This document shows, in pieces, positions 55,942-63,776 of a stretch of DNA of 64,000 nucleotides. The position numbers and the translations under genes were made by a program. Origin of the DNA: a virus (lineage: Duplodnaviria > Caudoviricetes); IMG/VR virus record IMGVR_UViG_3300044842_000168, positions 11,135 through 75,134 of that record. The stretch is one strand, 5' to 3'. The notes under the pieces are model-generated. The model saw nothing but the letters and a program-made list of their open reading frames with translations, had not been told where the DNA came from and did not search any database. The first letter of the stretch is position 1; the number at the start of each line of letters is the position of its first letter.

Positions 55942-56207
55942 GTGTCATCCCTCCTCAGTCGGTACTCGGCCCGCGCCGCGTCGTACGGGGCGTCCAGAGC
56001 CTCGCTCGGCAACAGATCCTCGATTGGTTCGCCGAGGAGCTTCGCCAGACCCTCACGCACCTCGGGACGCGCGTGAACACGCCCCTTCGCCGCGTGGCGG
56101 AGATGGTTGGGGGAGACGCCGAGCAGCCGAGCGGTGCCCGCGAGGGTGCGCCCGGTAGCTGCGAGGATCTCCACCAGGTTCGGTGTCACAGAAGTAGTCG
56201 CGTTCAC
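55821..56207 (-). CDS. XRE/Cro-like helix-turn-helix regulator
   Basis: LAATGRTLAGTARLLGVSPNHLRHAAKG...LAKLLGEPIEDL; GTG start at 56207 or 56189. Confidence 0.75.
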   Translation of the reverse strand: MNATTSVTPNLVEILAATGRTLAGTARLLGVSPNHLRHAAKGRVHARPEVREGLAKLLGEPIEDLLPSEALDAPYDAARAEYRLRRDDTCLSQESSTPTTQSRRPARSSPAPIDQTAGSRSSRSGEGR

Positions 56208-56213
56208 GTCTAC
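56194..56213. promoter_or_regulatory. 20-bp palindromic operator over the XRE gene start
   Basis: GTAGTCG-cgttca-CGTCTAC. Confidence 0.65.
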
Positions 56214-56503
56214 TAGGGTATCCCTGCTGCGTTTCGCAGGGTGGCGATCACCTCCCGGGCCGTCCGGCCGGGCCGGTCGTTCCAGCTGATGATGTCGCGG
56301 GTGCCGATGTAGGCGGCCAGCCGGTTGTGCGCTTCCTCCAGCGCCACGAACGACAGCCCGAGGTTGGCCCTCGCGCGCCGCAACGCGACGTCGGCGGAGA
56401 CCTCCCCTCGCCGGCCACGCGGATTCCCCTGCACCCACCCGAGGGCCTCGATCTGCCCGGCCGCCCGTTCCAGCAGCAGGGATACGTTGTCTGGTATTCG
56501 CAT
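56213..56503 (-). CDS. DUF6197-like small protein, leaderless
   Basis: LERAA..IE..GW.QG...WND.PGRTAREV..LR.AA; ATG 6 nt after -10 TACCTT. Confidence 0.6.
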   Translation of the reverse strand: MRIPDNVSLLLERAAGQIEALGWVQGNPRGRRGEVSADVALRRARANLGLSFVALEEAHNRLAAYIGTRDIISWNDRPGRTAREVIATLRNAAGIP

Positions 56504-56520
56504 GGTCCGAAGGTACCCCG

Positions 56521-56540
56521 GTAGACGGTTATGCGTCTAC
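56521..56540. promoter_or_regulatory. 20-bp palindromic operator at the divergence point
   Basis: GTAGACG-gttatg-CGTCTAC between the leftward arm and the rightward helicase. Confidence 0.75.
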
Positions 56541-56573
56541 CGTAGACTTGACCGTCCGTGAGAAGGGATACCA

Positions 56574-57770
56574 ATGGAGCTAACTGCAGCGCAGAGGGAG
56601 GCTGTGGACGCGGCCTCGGATTGGGTCGCGGCCGGCGCGCCCGGCGGCGTGTTCCGGCTGTTCGGCTACGCCGGTACCGGCAAGACCACCGTCGCACAAC
56701 ACATCCGCGTCCCGGACGGTAAGGCGATCCTGTACGGGGCGTACACCGGCAAGGCTGCCTCGGTGCTGAGCGGGAAGGGTTGCCCCGCCACCACTCTCCA
56801 CTCCCTCATCTACATCCCCCGCAACAAGAGTCGGGATCGCCTGGAGGCGCTGGAGCGGCAGTGGGACGAGATGCCGGAGGAGCAGCGCGGCAAGCGCGCC
56901 GGGCGCCGGCTGGCCCGGGAGATCTCGGCCGAGCGCGTCAATGTCAACCGGCCCGGCTTCCAGCTGAACCTGGAGAGTGAGCTCGGCGCCGATCACGTTG
57001 GGGCGCTGGTGGTTGATGAGGTGTCGATGGTGGATAAGCAGATGGCCGAGGATCTGCTCTCCTTCGGTAAGCCGCTCGTGGTGCTCGGTGACCCGGCACA
57101 GCTGCCCCCGGTCGGTGGGGAGGGTGCACTGACCAACGTAGAGCCGGACCGGCTGCTCACCGAGGTGCTGCGGCACGACGGCGGCCGGGGATCGATCCTG
57201 GAGCGCGCTACGGCGATCCGGGGCGGTGAACGGATTCCGCGCGACGCGTACGACCGGCCCACCCGGGCGCAGGCGCGGGCAGCGGACGTGATCTTGTGCG
57301 GTACGAACAAGACCCGCTGGAGCCGCATCCGGCAGATCCGCGCTATGGAGGGTCGGGGCGAGGCGGTGGAGCCCGGAGACCGGATCATCTGTCTGGCGAA
57401 CAACCGGGATCTCGGCGTGTTCAACGGCCAGACGTTCCGGGCGGTACGGGTGATCTCGTACGACGGTGACACCGCGATGTACCTGGAGGTCGAGGACGAC
57501 ACCTCGGGTGAGCGCCGGGTCGTCCGAGCCGCCGCCGCCCCGTTCACCGGTCCGGAGGGGGAGAAGTGGGCCAGGGAGTTCCTGTGGAGGGATCGCTCGC
57601 TGGGCTTCTTCACCTTCGGGCACTGCCTCACCGTGCACAAGAGTCAGGGCAGCGAGTGGCCCCGGGTCATCGTGATCGACGAGTCACGGGTGTTCCGGTC
57701 CGACCGGCACCGCTGGCTGTACACCGCCGTCACCCGGGCGCGGGAGGAAGTGCTGGTCATGCGCGGATAG
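56574..57770 (+). CDS. RecD/Dda-like SF1B helicase
   Basis: GYAGTGKTT, DEVSMV, GDPAQLPPV, TVHKSQGSEW, LYTAVTRA. Confidence 0.92.
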   Translation: MELTAAQREAVDAASDWVAAGAPGGVFRLFGYAGTGKTTVAQHIRVPDGKAILYGAYTGKAASVLSGKGCPATTLHSLIYIPRNKSRDRLEALERQWDEMPEEQRGKRAGRRLAREISAERVNVNRPGFQLNLESELGADHVGALVVDEVSMVDKQMAEDLLSFGKPLVVLGDPAQLPPVGGEGALTNVEPDRLLTEVLRHDGGRGSILERATAIRGGERIPRDAYDRPTRAQARAADVILCGTNKTRWSRIRQIRAMEGRGEAVEPGDRIICLANNRDLGVFNGQTFRAVRVISYDGDTAMYLEVEDDTSGERRVVRAAAAPFTGPEGEKWAREFLWRDRSLGFFTFGHCLTVHKSQGSEWPRVIVIDESRVFRSDRHRWLYTAVTRAREEVLVMRG

Positions 57771-57771
57771 A

Positions 57772-57810
57772 GCAGTGCCCCGACCGGATGGAGGAAGGTC
57801 GGGGCACTGC
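57772..57810 (+). terminator. Hairpin terminator
   Basis: GCAGTGCCCCGACC-11 nt-GGTCGGGGCACTGC. Confidence 0.7.
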
Positions 57811-57876
57811 GAGTGAGAAGAGAACGCACCCCGAAGTATACGACCTAGAATCCGAACGGCCCTGGTGTAATCCCAG

Positions 57877-58647
57877 TTGTGGCGAACTGGGCCAGGGCCG
57901 TTCGTTAACGCTGCAGAAAGGAGCTGCGCCATGCGTAGTATAGCGAGGCGCACTATCTGGCGGTACCCCCGTCCAATCGGCCTGTTGGGCAACCTCGGAT
58001 TCTCAAGTAGGGATGGGTTTCAGCACGTCAAGATCGAGACGTTCGAGGGATCGACGCGGGTCGATAAGACGTTTGGCTACCGGTTCCGCGCTGGTGGGCG
58101 TTGGGTCCGGGAGAAGCCAGAGTGGGCCGATGCAGTGCCGTACAAGGCGGAGGAACTCCGGGCTGCTGTTGTTGATGGCGGTCAGCGGATCTGGATCACC
58201 GAGGGCGAGGCCGACGCTGATGCCTTGGCGGCTATTGGGGAGGTCGCTACAAGCTCGCACCGTGGCGCCGAGGGCTGGACGCCCGCGATGGTGCAGTGGT
58301 TCTACACCTCGTGGTGGCCCCGGGAGGTCGTCATCATCGCTGACGCCGATCCTACGGGCGCGTACTGTGCTGCGAAGACGTTCCGGCTCCTTCGGGACCT
58401 CGGGGTGCCGTTCGGCCGTCTCCGTGTGGCTCGGGCGGCCGTACGGGGTCTCGGCGCGGACACCCGGGATCACCTCGCGGCCGGCTACGGGGTTGAGGAC
58501 TTCCGGGATGTGGATATTGAGGAGTTGCTGAAGGTTGTGTCGAGGAACGCCCGTGAGGTCGGCGGCGCCGGCGGAAGCGGGCCGAGGAACAGCGTGAGTG
58601 TCGAGGACGTCAAAAAGCTGGCGGAGTGGAAGCCGAGGCGCGCATGA
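57877..58647 (+). CDS. TOPRIM-domain primase (start uncertain)
   Basis: WITEGEADADAL, IIADADPTG (DxD), D.RDHL. Confidence 0.75.
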   Translation: MWRTGPGPFVNAAERSCAMRSIARRTIWRYPRPIGLLGNLGFSSRDGFQHVKIETFEGSTRVDKTFGYRFRAGGRWVREKPEWADAVPYKAEELRAAVVDGGQRIWITEGEADADALAAIGEVATSSHRGAEGWTPAMVQWFYTSWWPREVVIIADADPTGAYCAAKTFRLLRDLGVPFGRLRVARAAVRGLGADTRDHLAAGYGVEDFRDVDIEELLKVVSRNAREVGGAGGSGPRNSVSVEDVKKLAEWKPRRA

Positions 58648-60149
58648 GCATTGAGGAAGACTTCAACTTCGCCGAGGCCGAGGAGCGGTCGGCGAGGAAG
58701 CGGGCCGCGAGGAAGTCTGCGCCTCGGAAGTCTGCGGCGAAGAAGGCCGTCAGCATTGATGACGCGCTCGCGGACTTCCCCCGGAACGATGATGATCTGG
58801 CGCGGATGCTGGTGGAGCGGTTCGGGCCGTCGATGAAGTGGGTGCCGGGGCTGGGTGAGTGGGTGGTGTGGAGGAACGGCGCGTGGACCGAGGATGAGGA
58901 CGGAATCCGGGTTCGGGCGATGGTCGCGCGGATCGGCCGGACGCTGATGAAGGCGGCGACAGCCGAGAGCGATCCCCAGATCAAGGCGGCCAAGAAGCGT
59001 GCAGCGGACCGGGCGCTGAACGTGGGGACCGTGAAGGCCGCGATGGAGCTGGCGAAGTCGATCCCTGGTGTGTCGGTGAGTGCTGCGTCGTTCGACGCGG
59101 ACGGGTACGCCCTGGCCTGCTCTGAGAGTCATGTCCGGCTCGGAGAGACGACAGTCGCCCGGCCGGTTGAGCGCGGGGACTTCATGCGCTTCAACACTGG
59201 TACGCGGTACGAGCCCGGGGCACAGCACGAGGCGTGGACAGACTTCCTGGAGACGTTCCAGCCGGACAAGGAGATCCGGCGCTGGCTACAGAACTTGGCA
59301 GGGTACTCGCTGATTGGTGGGAACCCTGAGCGGATCTTCGTGGTGTGCCTTGGGGGTTCTACTAGTGGGAAATCGTTCTTCGCGGTGTCGATGGTGTCGG
59401 CGCTCGGGGCGTACGCCGGCCCGTTTGGTCTCCAGCTGCTACGGGCGAAGCAGGACTCAGACATCAACGTCGCGCTCGCTGACGCGCTGGACAAGCGGTT
59501 CATCTACGCCGAGGAGCCTAGTGACGGGTGGATCCTCCACGCGGACGAGATCAAGCGGCTGACTGGAGAAACGCACGTGACGGCGCGCCGGCCGCACGAG
59601 CGCCGGGCGCGGAGTGGGATGATGAGCTTCACGCCGTGGATGGTGGCGAACGCGGTACCCACGATCCGAGGCGCGGACACCGCGCTGAAGCGGCGTGTGA
59701 TTATGGTGCCGTTCAGCTCTTCGCTGTCGCGGGCTGAGGAGAAGGTTGAGCGGCGCCGGGCGCTGAACGAGAGCGGATACCGCGAGGCGATCCTGGCCTG
59801 GGCGATCGCGGGCGCCGAGCGGTACCTCCGGCAGGGTTGGGCAGCGCTGGAGACGCCGGAGAGGGCTGTCGCGTTCGCGGCCGAGGCGATCGCCGACATG
59901 AACCAACTGGAGCAGTTCCTCGCGGACCGTACTGTGCGTGGAGAGGATCGGCGCGAAGTTCCCTCGGAACTCTACAAGGCGTATGAGCGTTGGTGTGAGG
60001 AGAACAACATCCCCGAGCGCGAGCGCGACAGCGTGACGCGGTTCGGGACGTACCTCACCAGGAATGGGTATCCAAAGCGTTGGGGGCGGACCGACGACGG
60101 CGGAAAACGCGAGTTCCGAATCGGTCTGGTGCTCAAGTCTCATGCGTGA
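58644..60149 (+). CDS. D5/P4-family SF3 primase-associated helicase
   Basis: D5_N (W.VW..GAW), GGSTSGKS P-loop, EEP, IKRLTG, DTALKRRVIMVPF; ATGA overlap. Confidence 0.9.
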   Translation: MSIEEDFNFAEAEERSARKRAARKSAPRKSAAKKAVSIDDALADFPRNDDDLARMLVERFGPSMKWVPGLGEWVVWRNGAWTEDEDGIRVRAMVARIGRTLMKAATAESDPQIKAAKKRAADRALNVGTVKAAMELAKSIPGVSVSAASFDADGYALACSESHVRLGETTVARPVERGDFMRFNTGTRYEPGAQHEAWTDFLETFQPDKEIRRWLQNLAGYSLIGGNPERIFVVCLGGSTSGKSFFAVSMVSALGAYAGPFGLQLLRAKQDSDINVALADALDKRFIYAEEPSDGWILHADEIKRLTGETHVTARRPHERRARSGMMSFTPWMVANAVPTIRGADTALKRRVIMVPFSSSLSRAEEKVERRRALNESGYREAILAWAIAGAERYLRQGWAALETPERAVAFAAEAIADMNQLEQFLADRTVRGEDRREVPSELYKAYERWCEENNIPERERDSVTRFGTYLTRNGYPKRWGRTDDGGKREFRIGLVLKSHA

Positions 60150-60480
60150 TTTCGGCGTCTGCCCCCAGACGGATGGGGGTTACGTCTGTGATGTGACCTG
60201 CGCAAATATGGGGTCTGTGGGTCTTGTGAAAACTCCCCTGCGTATGCGCGTACGCCCGCGCGTCGCGCGAGAGCGCGCGTATACGTACCTATTCCGTACC
60301 TACTCACAGACGTCCCAGACTAAGTAGAGATAGAGAAGAGTAATACCTGATAGATTGATATGCAATGTTGGTCTGGGGGTGCGTCTGGGGGGCGTGGTCA
60401 GCCCACAGATCACCCACAGACGGGGCGTATTTACACCAGTGCAGTAGAATTAGATCGACTTTGCTACATTACAGGAGGGC
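60150..60480. other. Putative replication origin (non-coding, GTCTG/CAGAC iterons)
   Basis: Lower-GC gap right after the helicase with many GTCTG(G/T)G / CCAGAC / CACAGAC copies, CGCGCG runs and an A-rich patch. Confidence 0.45.
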
Positions 60481-60483
60481 GTT

Positions 60484-60945
60484 GTGCCGATCGAGAACAA
60501 CTGGAGGCGTGCCCGAGGGGCTCGCAGCCCTGAGTTGCAGGAGCGGATGCGGCGCTGTTGGGTGATGCGGCGGGACGGCTTCGACTACGAAACCATTGCT
60601 GAGAAGCTCGGCGTCACTGTAGCGACGGCGCACAGCTACATCACTCGGTACCGAGGCGAGATGGTGAAGCCGGATGCAGCCCAGTACTTCGATGAGCTGT
60701 TCGCCGACCTCCGAAACCTTCGGGTCCGGCTGCAGCCCGGAGTTATGGAGGGCGACCCACAGGCGATCCGCGCTGCACTCGCCGTCAACGAGAGCGCGCG
60801 GAAGATGCTCGGGCTGGACGCGCCGGTCCGCGCCGACGTCACGGTCACGGAGCTGAGCGAGGAGGACCGGGCCTTCGCCGAGATGCTGCGCGAGGAGGCC
60901 GCTAGGAACGCCGTAGAGCGTGCCGAAGCCCCTTCCGAGGGGTAG
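60484..60945 (+). CDS. HTH protein resembling actinophage terminase small subunit
   Basis: GFDYETIAEKLGVTVATAHSYI HTH; GDPQAI...ARKMLGLDAP. Confidence 0.6.
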   Translation: MPIENNWRRARGARSPELQERMRRCWVMRRDGFDYETIAEKLGVTVATAHSYITRYRGEMVKPDAAQYFDELFADLRNLRVRLQPGVMEGDPQAIRAALAVNESARKMLGLDAPVRADVTVTELSEEDRAFAEMLREEAARNAVERAEAPSEG

Positions 60946-60949
60946 ACCG

Positions 60950-60984
60950 AAGCCCCGGAGAGCCGCAATGGCTCTCCGGGGCTT
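60950..60984. terminator. Bidirectional terminator
   Basis: AAGCCCCGGAGAGCC-gcaat-GGCTCTCCGGGGCTT between converging genes. Confidence 0.75.
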
Positions 60985-60998
60985 CTAGGCGGTCGTGG

Positions 60999-61127
60999 CT
61001 AGTCGGTCGGGATGAGGACGAAGCCAGGCTTCTTGAGGAAGTGGTAGTAGGCCGTCTCGCTCAGGTACATCCGGGAGCTGAGGAGCCGCTGGGCGCAGTA
61101 GACGGTGTAGTAGCCGGACGGGAACAT
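60999..61127 (-). CDS. 42-aa hypothetical protein
   Basis: AGGAGG RBS; MFPSGYYTVYC. Confidence 0.5.
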   Translation of the reverse strand: MFPSGYYTVYCAQRLLSSRMYLSETAYYHFLKKPGFVLIPTD

Positions 61128-61147
61128 TGGAGCCTCCTGGTGTGTAG

Positions 61148-61384
61148 TCAGCCCTGGCGGAAGCAGCCGAGGCCGTACCGCGAGTTCCACTCGCAGCCGT
61201 AGCCGGCGGTCACGAAGCCGTCCGAGTCGGGGCCGACGTAGACGCTCGCGGCCGGCCCGTTCGCGTAGGCCGCGCCGGTGTTGTAGTTGAGGTTGGCGTG
61301 GCCGCTGTAGACGGCCCAGCACCACAGCGCGGCGAAGGCGACGGCGGCCAGACGGGGGAAGAGGCGGCGCGCGAACTCGGTCAT
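61148..61384 (-). CDS. Small membrane/secreted protein, leaderless
   Basis: N-terminal hydrophobic helix; ATG 6 nt after -10 TAAGAT. Confidence 0.55.
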   Translation of the reverse strand: MTEFARRLFPRLAAVAFAALWCWAVYSGHANLNYNTGAAYANGPAASVYVGPDSDGFVTAGYGCEWNSRYGLGCFRQG

Positions 61385-61390
61385 ATCACC

Positions 61391-61413
61391 ATCTTACCCC
61401 GCTGCAGTGCAGA
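61391..61413 (-). promoter_or_regulatory. CTGCA-C-TGCAG class promoter, copy 1
   Basis: Minus strand TCTGCACTGCAGCGGGG-TAAGAT. Confidence 0.65.
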
Positions 61414-61420
61414 AGTAAAG

Positions 61421-61455
61421 CACGACCGCCCCCTACTACGTAGGGGGCGGTCGTG
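61421..61455 (-). terminator. Hairpin terminator
   Basis: 16-bp stem CACGACCGCCCCCTAC / GTAGGGGGCGGTCGTG. Confidence 0.7.
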
Positions 61456-61472
61456 GCTGGGGAGGCGAGCGC

Positions 61473-61721
61473 TCAGCCGGAGTTCCGCGCCGCCCACTCC
61501 GCGATCTCGGCGCTGTTGAGGCGAGCGGTGAGGACGAGGCGCCGGGTCTCGGCCGCCGCGACCTCATACCACACCAGGCCGCGCCGGGCCGGGAGACCCT
61601 CGACCGTCATGACGTGATCGGCGTACGCCTCGCCGGCCGCGAGCGCCTCGGGGTTGGTGACGGCCGCGTCGTTCAGGTAGGCCAGAACCTCGGCGGTCCG
61701 AAGCTCGGTGATGTGGGACAT
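61473..61721 (-). CDS. Hypothetical protein
   Basis: AGGAG RBS; own promoter and terminator. Confidence 0.6.
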   Translation of the reverse strand: MSHITELRTAEVLAYLNDAAVTNPEALAAGEAYADHVMTVEGLPARRGLVWYEVAAAETRRLVLTARLNSAEIAEWAARNSG

Positions 61722-61756
61722 GGTGGCTCCTGGTGGTTAGAAGTGGGCTGGAGACC

Positions 61757-61780
61757 ATCTTACGCCATCTGCAGTGCAGA
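61757..61780 (-). promoter_or_regulatory. CTGCA-C-TGCAG class promoter, copy 2
   Basis: Minus strand TCTGCACTGCAGATGGCG-TAAGAT. Confidence 0.65.
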
Positions 61781-61783
61781 GGG

Positions 61784-61808
61784 AAGCCCCGGCCCGAGGC
61801 TGGGGCTT
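61784..61808 (-). terminator. Hairpin terminator
   Basis: AAGCCCCGGCC-cga-GGCTGGGGCTT. Confidence 0.6.
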
Positions 61809-61826
61809 GGGTGGTGAGGCGGAGGG

Positions 61827-62066
61827 CTAGATACTGTAGGTGGGAAGGGACGTGACGGCCTCCAGCAGCAGGCACGGCGCCACGTCGATCTCGGCGAGGC
61901 AGGTGTCCAGCGCGTCGTAGTCGGTCTCGGTGTCGGGGCCGTAGACCTTCGTCACCAGGTCCGCCAGGGAGGAGACGTCGTTCAGCTCCCGCGCGCCGAC
62001 CTTATCGCAGGTGCAGTGGGGAGCGTGGAGGAGCTTGTCTTCGGAGACTACCAAGTTGATCGCCAT
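61827..62066 (-). CDS. Hypothetical protein, leaderless
   Basis: LHAPHCTCD...APC; ATG 6 nt after -10 TAGACT. Confidence 0.55.
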   Translation of the reverse strand: MAINLVVSEDKLLHAPHCTCDKVGARELNDVSSLADLVTKVYGPDTETDYDALDTCLAEIDVAPCLLLEAVTSLPTYSI

Positions 62067-62072
62067 ACCAGC

Positions 62073-62095
62073 AGTCTACTCCACTGCAGTACAGA
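62073..62095 (-). promoter_or_regulatory. CTGCAG class promoter, copy 3
   Basis: Minus strand TCTGTACTGCAGTGGAG-TAGACT. Confidence 0.6.
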
Positions 62096-62097
62096 TG

Positions 62098-62130
62098 GGA
62101 AGAGGCGCGCCGGACCGGCGCGCCTCTTCC
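62098..62130 (-). terminator. Hairpin terminator
   Basis: GGAAGAGGCGCGCCGG-a-CCGGCGCGCCTCTTCC. Confidence 0.7.
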
Positions 62131-62142
62131 GGGGCATTGCTG

Positions 62143-62340
62143 CTACCGCACGCACGCCGGGTCGGAGCACTCCAGCACGTGGGCGGCCGGAACGACCTCG
62201 GTGGTGCCGTCGTCCTCGAACGTGACCGAGACGCGCTCCAGGTCGCCGTCCGGCTCGACCGGGGTGACGTCGCGGACGTCGTACCCGACCGGGCCACGCT
62301 CGCCGGTGCCATCCTCGGGGAAGTAGATCTGGTGCGCCAT
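62143..62340 (-). CDS. Small SH3-like hypothetical protein
   Basis: GAGGAGG RBS; 65 aa beta-rich. Confidence 0.6.
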   Translation of the reverse strand: MAHQIYFPEDGTGERGPVGYDVRDVTPVEPDGDLERVSVTFEDDGTTEVVPAAHVLECSDPACVR

Positions 62341-62384
62341 GGATCCTCCTCAGTGGTTACGGTTACCAGAGGTACCCTACGCCA

Positions 62385-62404
62385 GTAGACGCCTTCGCGT
62401 CTAC
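62385..62404 (-). promoter_or_regulatory. 20-bp palindromic operator / promoter
   Basis: GTAGACG-ccttcg-CGTCTAC; -10 TAGGGT; part of a 32-bp exact repeat of 29078-29109. Confidence 0.75.
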
Positions 62405-62423
62405 CCCCTATCTAGACGCGCAG

Positions 62424-62454
62424 CCGAGGGCCGGGAGCTACTCCCGGCCCTCGG
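62424..62454 (-). terminator. Hairpin terminator
   Basis: CCGAGGGCCGGGAG-cta-CTCCCGGCCCTCGG. Confidence 0.7.
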
Positions 62455-62458
62455 TTGG

Positions 62459-62719
62459 TTACTGCTCAGTGTCGGGCAGGACTAGCTCTCCGATGATCGC
62501 TCGGGCCAGGCTCTCCATCTCGGCCTCGGCCTCCTCCATCGTCTCGCACAGCCGGTCGGACAGCCGAACCCGAGCGAAGCTCTCGACGTCGCCGTGCACC
62601 GCCCAGGCCTGCTCGGCGCTGATTGGTAGCACGAGCAGCCGGCGGATGTCGGCGGGCCGTACCAGGAGCGGTGCCCAGTAGCCGTCCCTACACATCCACG
62701 CCTTGATGAACTCCATCAC
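62459..62719 (-). CDS. Hypothetical protein
   Basis: 86 aa, overlap chain. Confidence 0.5.
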   Translation of the reverse strand: MMEFIKAWMCRDGYWAPLLVRPADIRRLLVLPISAEQAWAVHGDVESFARVRLSDRLCETMEEAEAEMESLARAIIGELVLPDTEQ

Positions 62720-63045
62720 AGCTCCTCGGTCTCGATCAGCTCGCTGACGCGGACGTGGTGCACCTGACCGTCGTCGTACTCGACCTCGGCGAGGTCTGGT
62801 GAGAGGTAGCGCCGTAGCCAGGCGCGGCCGGCCACCACGTCCTCGACGCGGCGCGCGATGGAGAGGCCGAAGACGCTGTCGTTGAACCAGCCGAGCCGGC
62901 CGCGCACGTACACCTTGCCGGACCGGCCGAAGTCTGGCGCGCGGCCGACGCCTTCGAAGATCCGGGTGTCACCACGGAAGTCGGTGACCTCATCGCCAGG
63001 AGAGATCTCCTTGCCCTCCTTGTTGGTGACGCGGTAGATGGTCAC
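62716..63045 (-). CDS. Hypothetical protein
   Basis: GTG after GGGAG; MTIYRVTNKEGKEISPGDEV. Confidence 0.55.
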   Translation of the reverse strand: MTIYRVTNKEGKEISPGDEVTDFRGDTRIFEGVGRAPDFGRSGKVYVRGRLGWFNDSVFGLSIARRVEDVVAGRAWLRRYLSPDLAEVEYDDGQVHHVRVSELIETEEL

Positions 63046-63188
63046 AGCTTCGCTCCCTTCTTGGCGGCGGTCTCGACGCGGCCGGCGACGCGGCACGCCT
63101 CCAGGCTCGTGTCCAACTTGGTCTGCGTCGGGTCCGGCTTCCCGTAGGCGCGGAGCGCGTCCCGGTAGGCCGGCGGGTCGTCGTTCAT
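63042..63188 (-). CDS. 48-aa hypothetical protein
   Basis: TGATG/GTGA coupling. Confidence 0.4.
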   Translation of the reverse strand: MNDDPPAYRDALRAYGKPDPTQTKLDTSLEACRVAGRVETAAKKGAKL

Positions 63189-63535
63189 CAGATGTGCCTC
63201 GCGAGGTGTGCAGTGTAGCTCTCGGACTGGGGGACGGGGCTGGAGCACCACGAGCACCAGCGCTCGCGGTCGGTACGGCGGCGGCGCGCTCGTGTCCGGA
63301 GTTCGGCAGCGATGAGGTCGCGCGCCTCGGCCTGCTCAATGAAGATCGCCTGCACCTCGGCCGGGTAGCGCTCGGCGAGCCGGCGCAGCAGGGCCTTCGC
63401 CTCCTCGTGGTTGAGTTGGAGCGGTCGGGCTGAGAGGGACGGCTCGTACAGCGACACGCGCTCGCTGTCGGCCGCGTAGTCGATCGGCGACGGGATCAGG
63501 TGGTCGGCGCCGGTCAGCGTCTCACGGTGTGTCAT
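63188..63535 (-). CDS. Hypothetical protein
   Basis: 115 aa; C-terminal CSWC...H..H. Confidence 0.5.
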   Translation of the reverse strand: MTHRETLTGADHLIPSPIDYAADSERVSLYEPSLSARPLQLNHEEAKALLRRLAERYPAEVQAIFIEQAEARDLIAAELRTRARRRRTDRERWCSWCSSPVPQSESYTAHLARHI

Positions 63536-63776
63536 CGTCGAACTCCTTGGTGGGCTGAAGACGCCGGACCTCCTTGAGGCACGCCTCGGCGAGGTCCGGG
63601 TACTCCTTCACCAGCAGGCCGAGCAGGTTGATCTGCTCGCCGAAGTCCAGCACCACGCTCTCCTCGTCACCCTCATCGATCAGGCTGAGGTGGTCCGAAA
63701 CGCCGTCGAACCGGTAGCGGATACCGGGGATGGCGAGGCTGGTCGTGAGCCGGCCTCGCAGCGTGGAGTCAGGCAC
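63522..63776 (-). CDS. Hypothetical protein
   Basis: 84 aa, overlap chain. Confidence 0.5.
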   Translation of the reverse strand: MPDSTLRGRLTTSLAIPGIRYRFDGVSDHLSLIDEGDEESVVLDFGEQINLLGLLVKEYPDLAEACLKEVRRLQPTKEFDDDTP

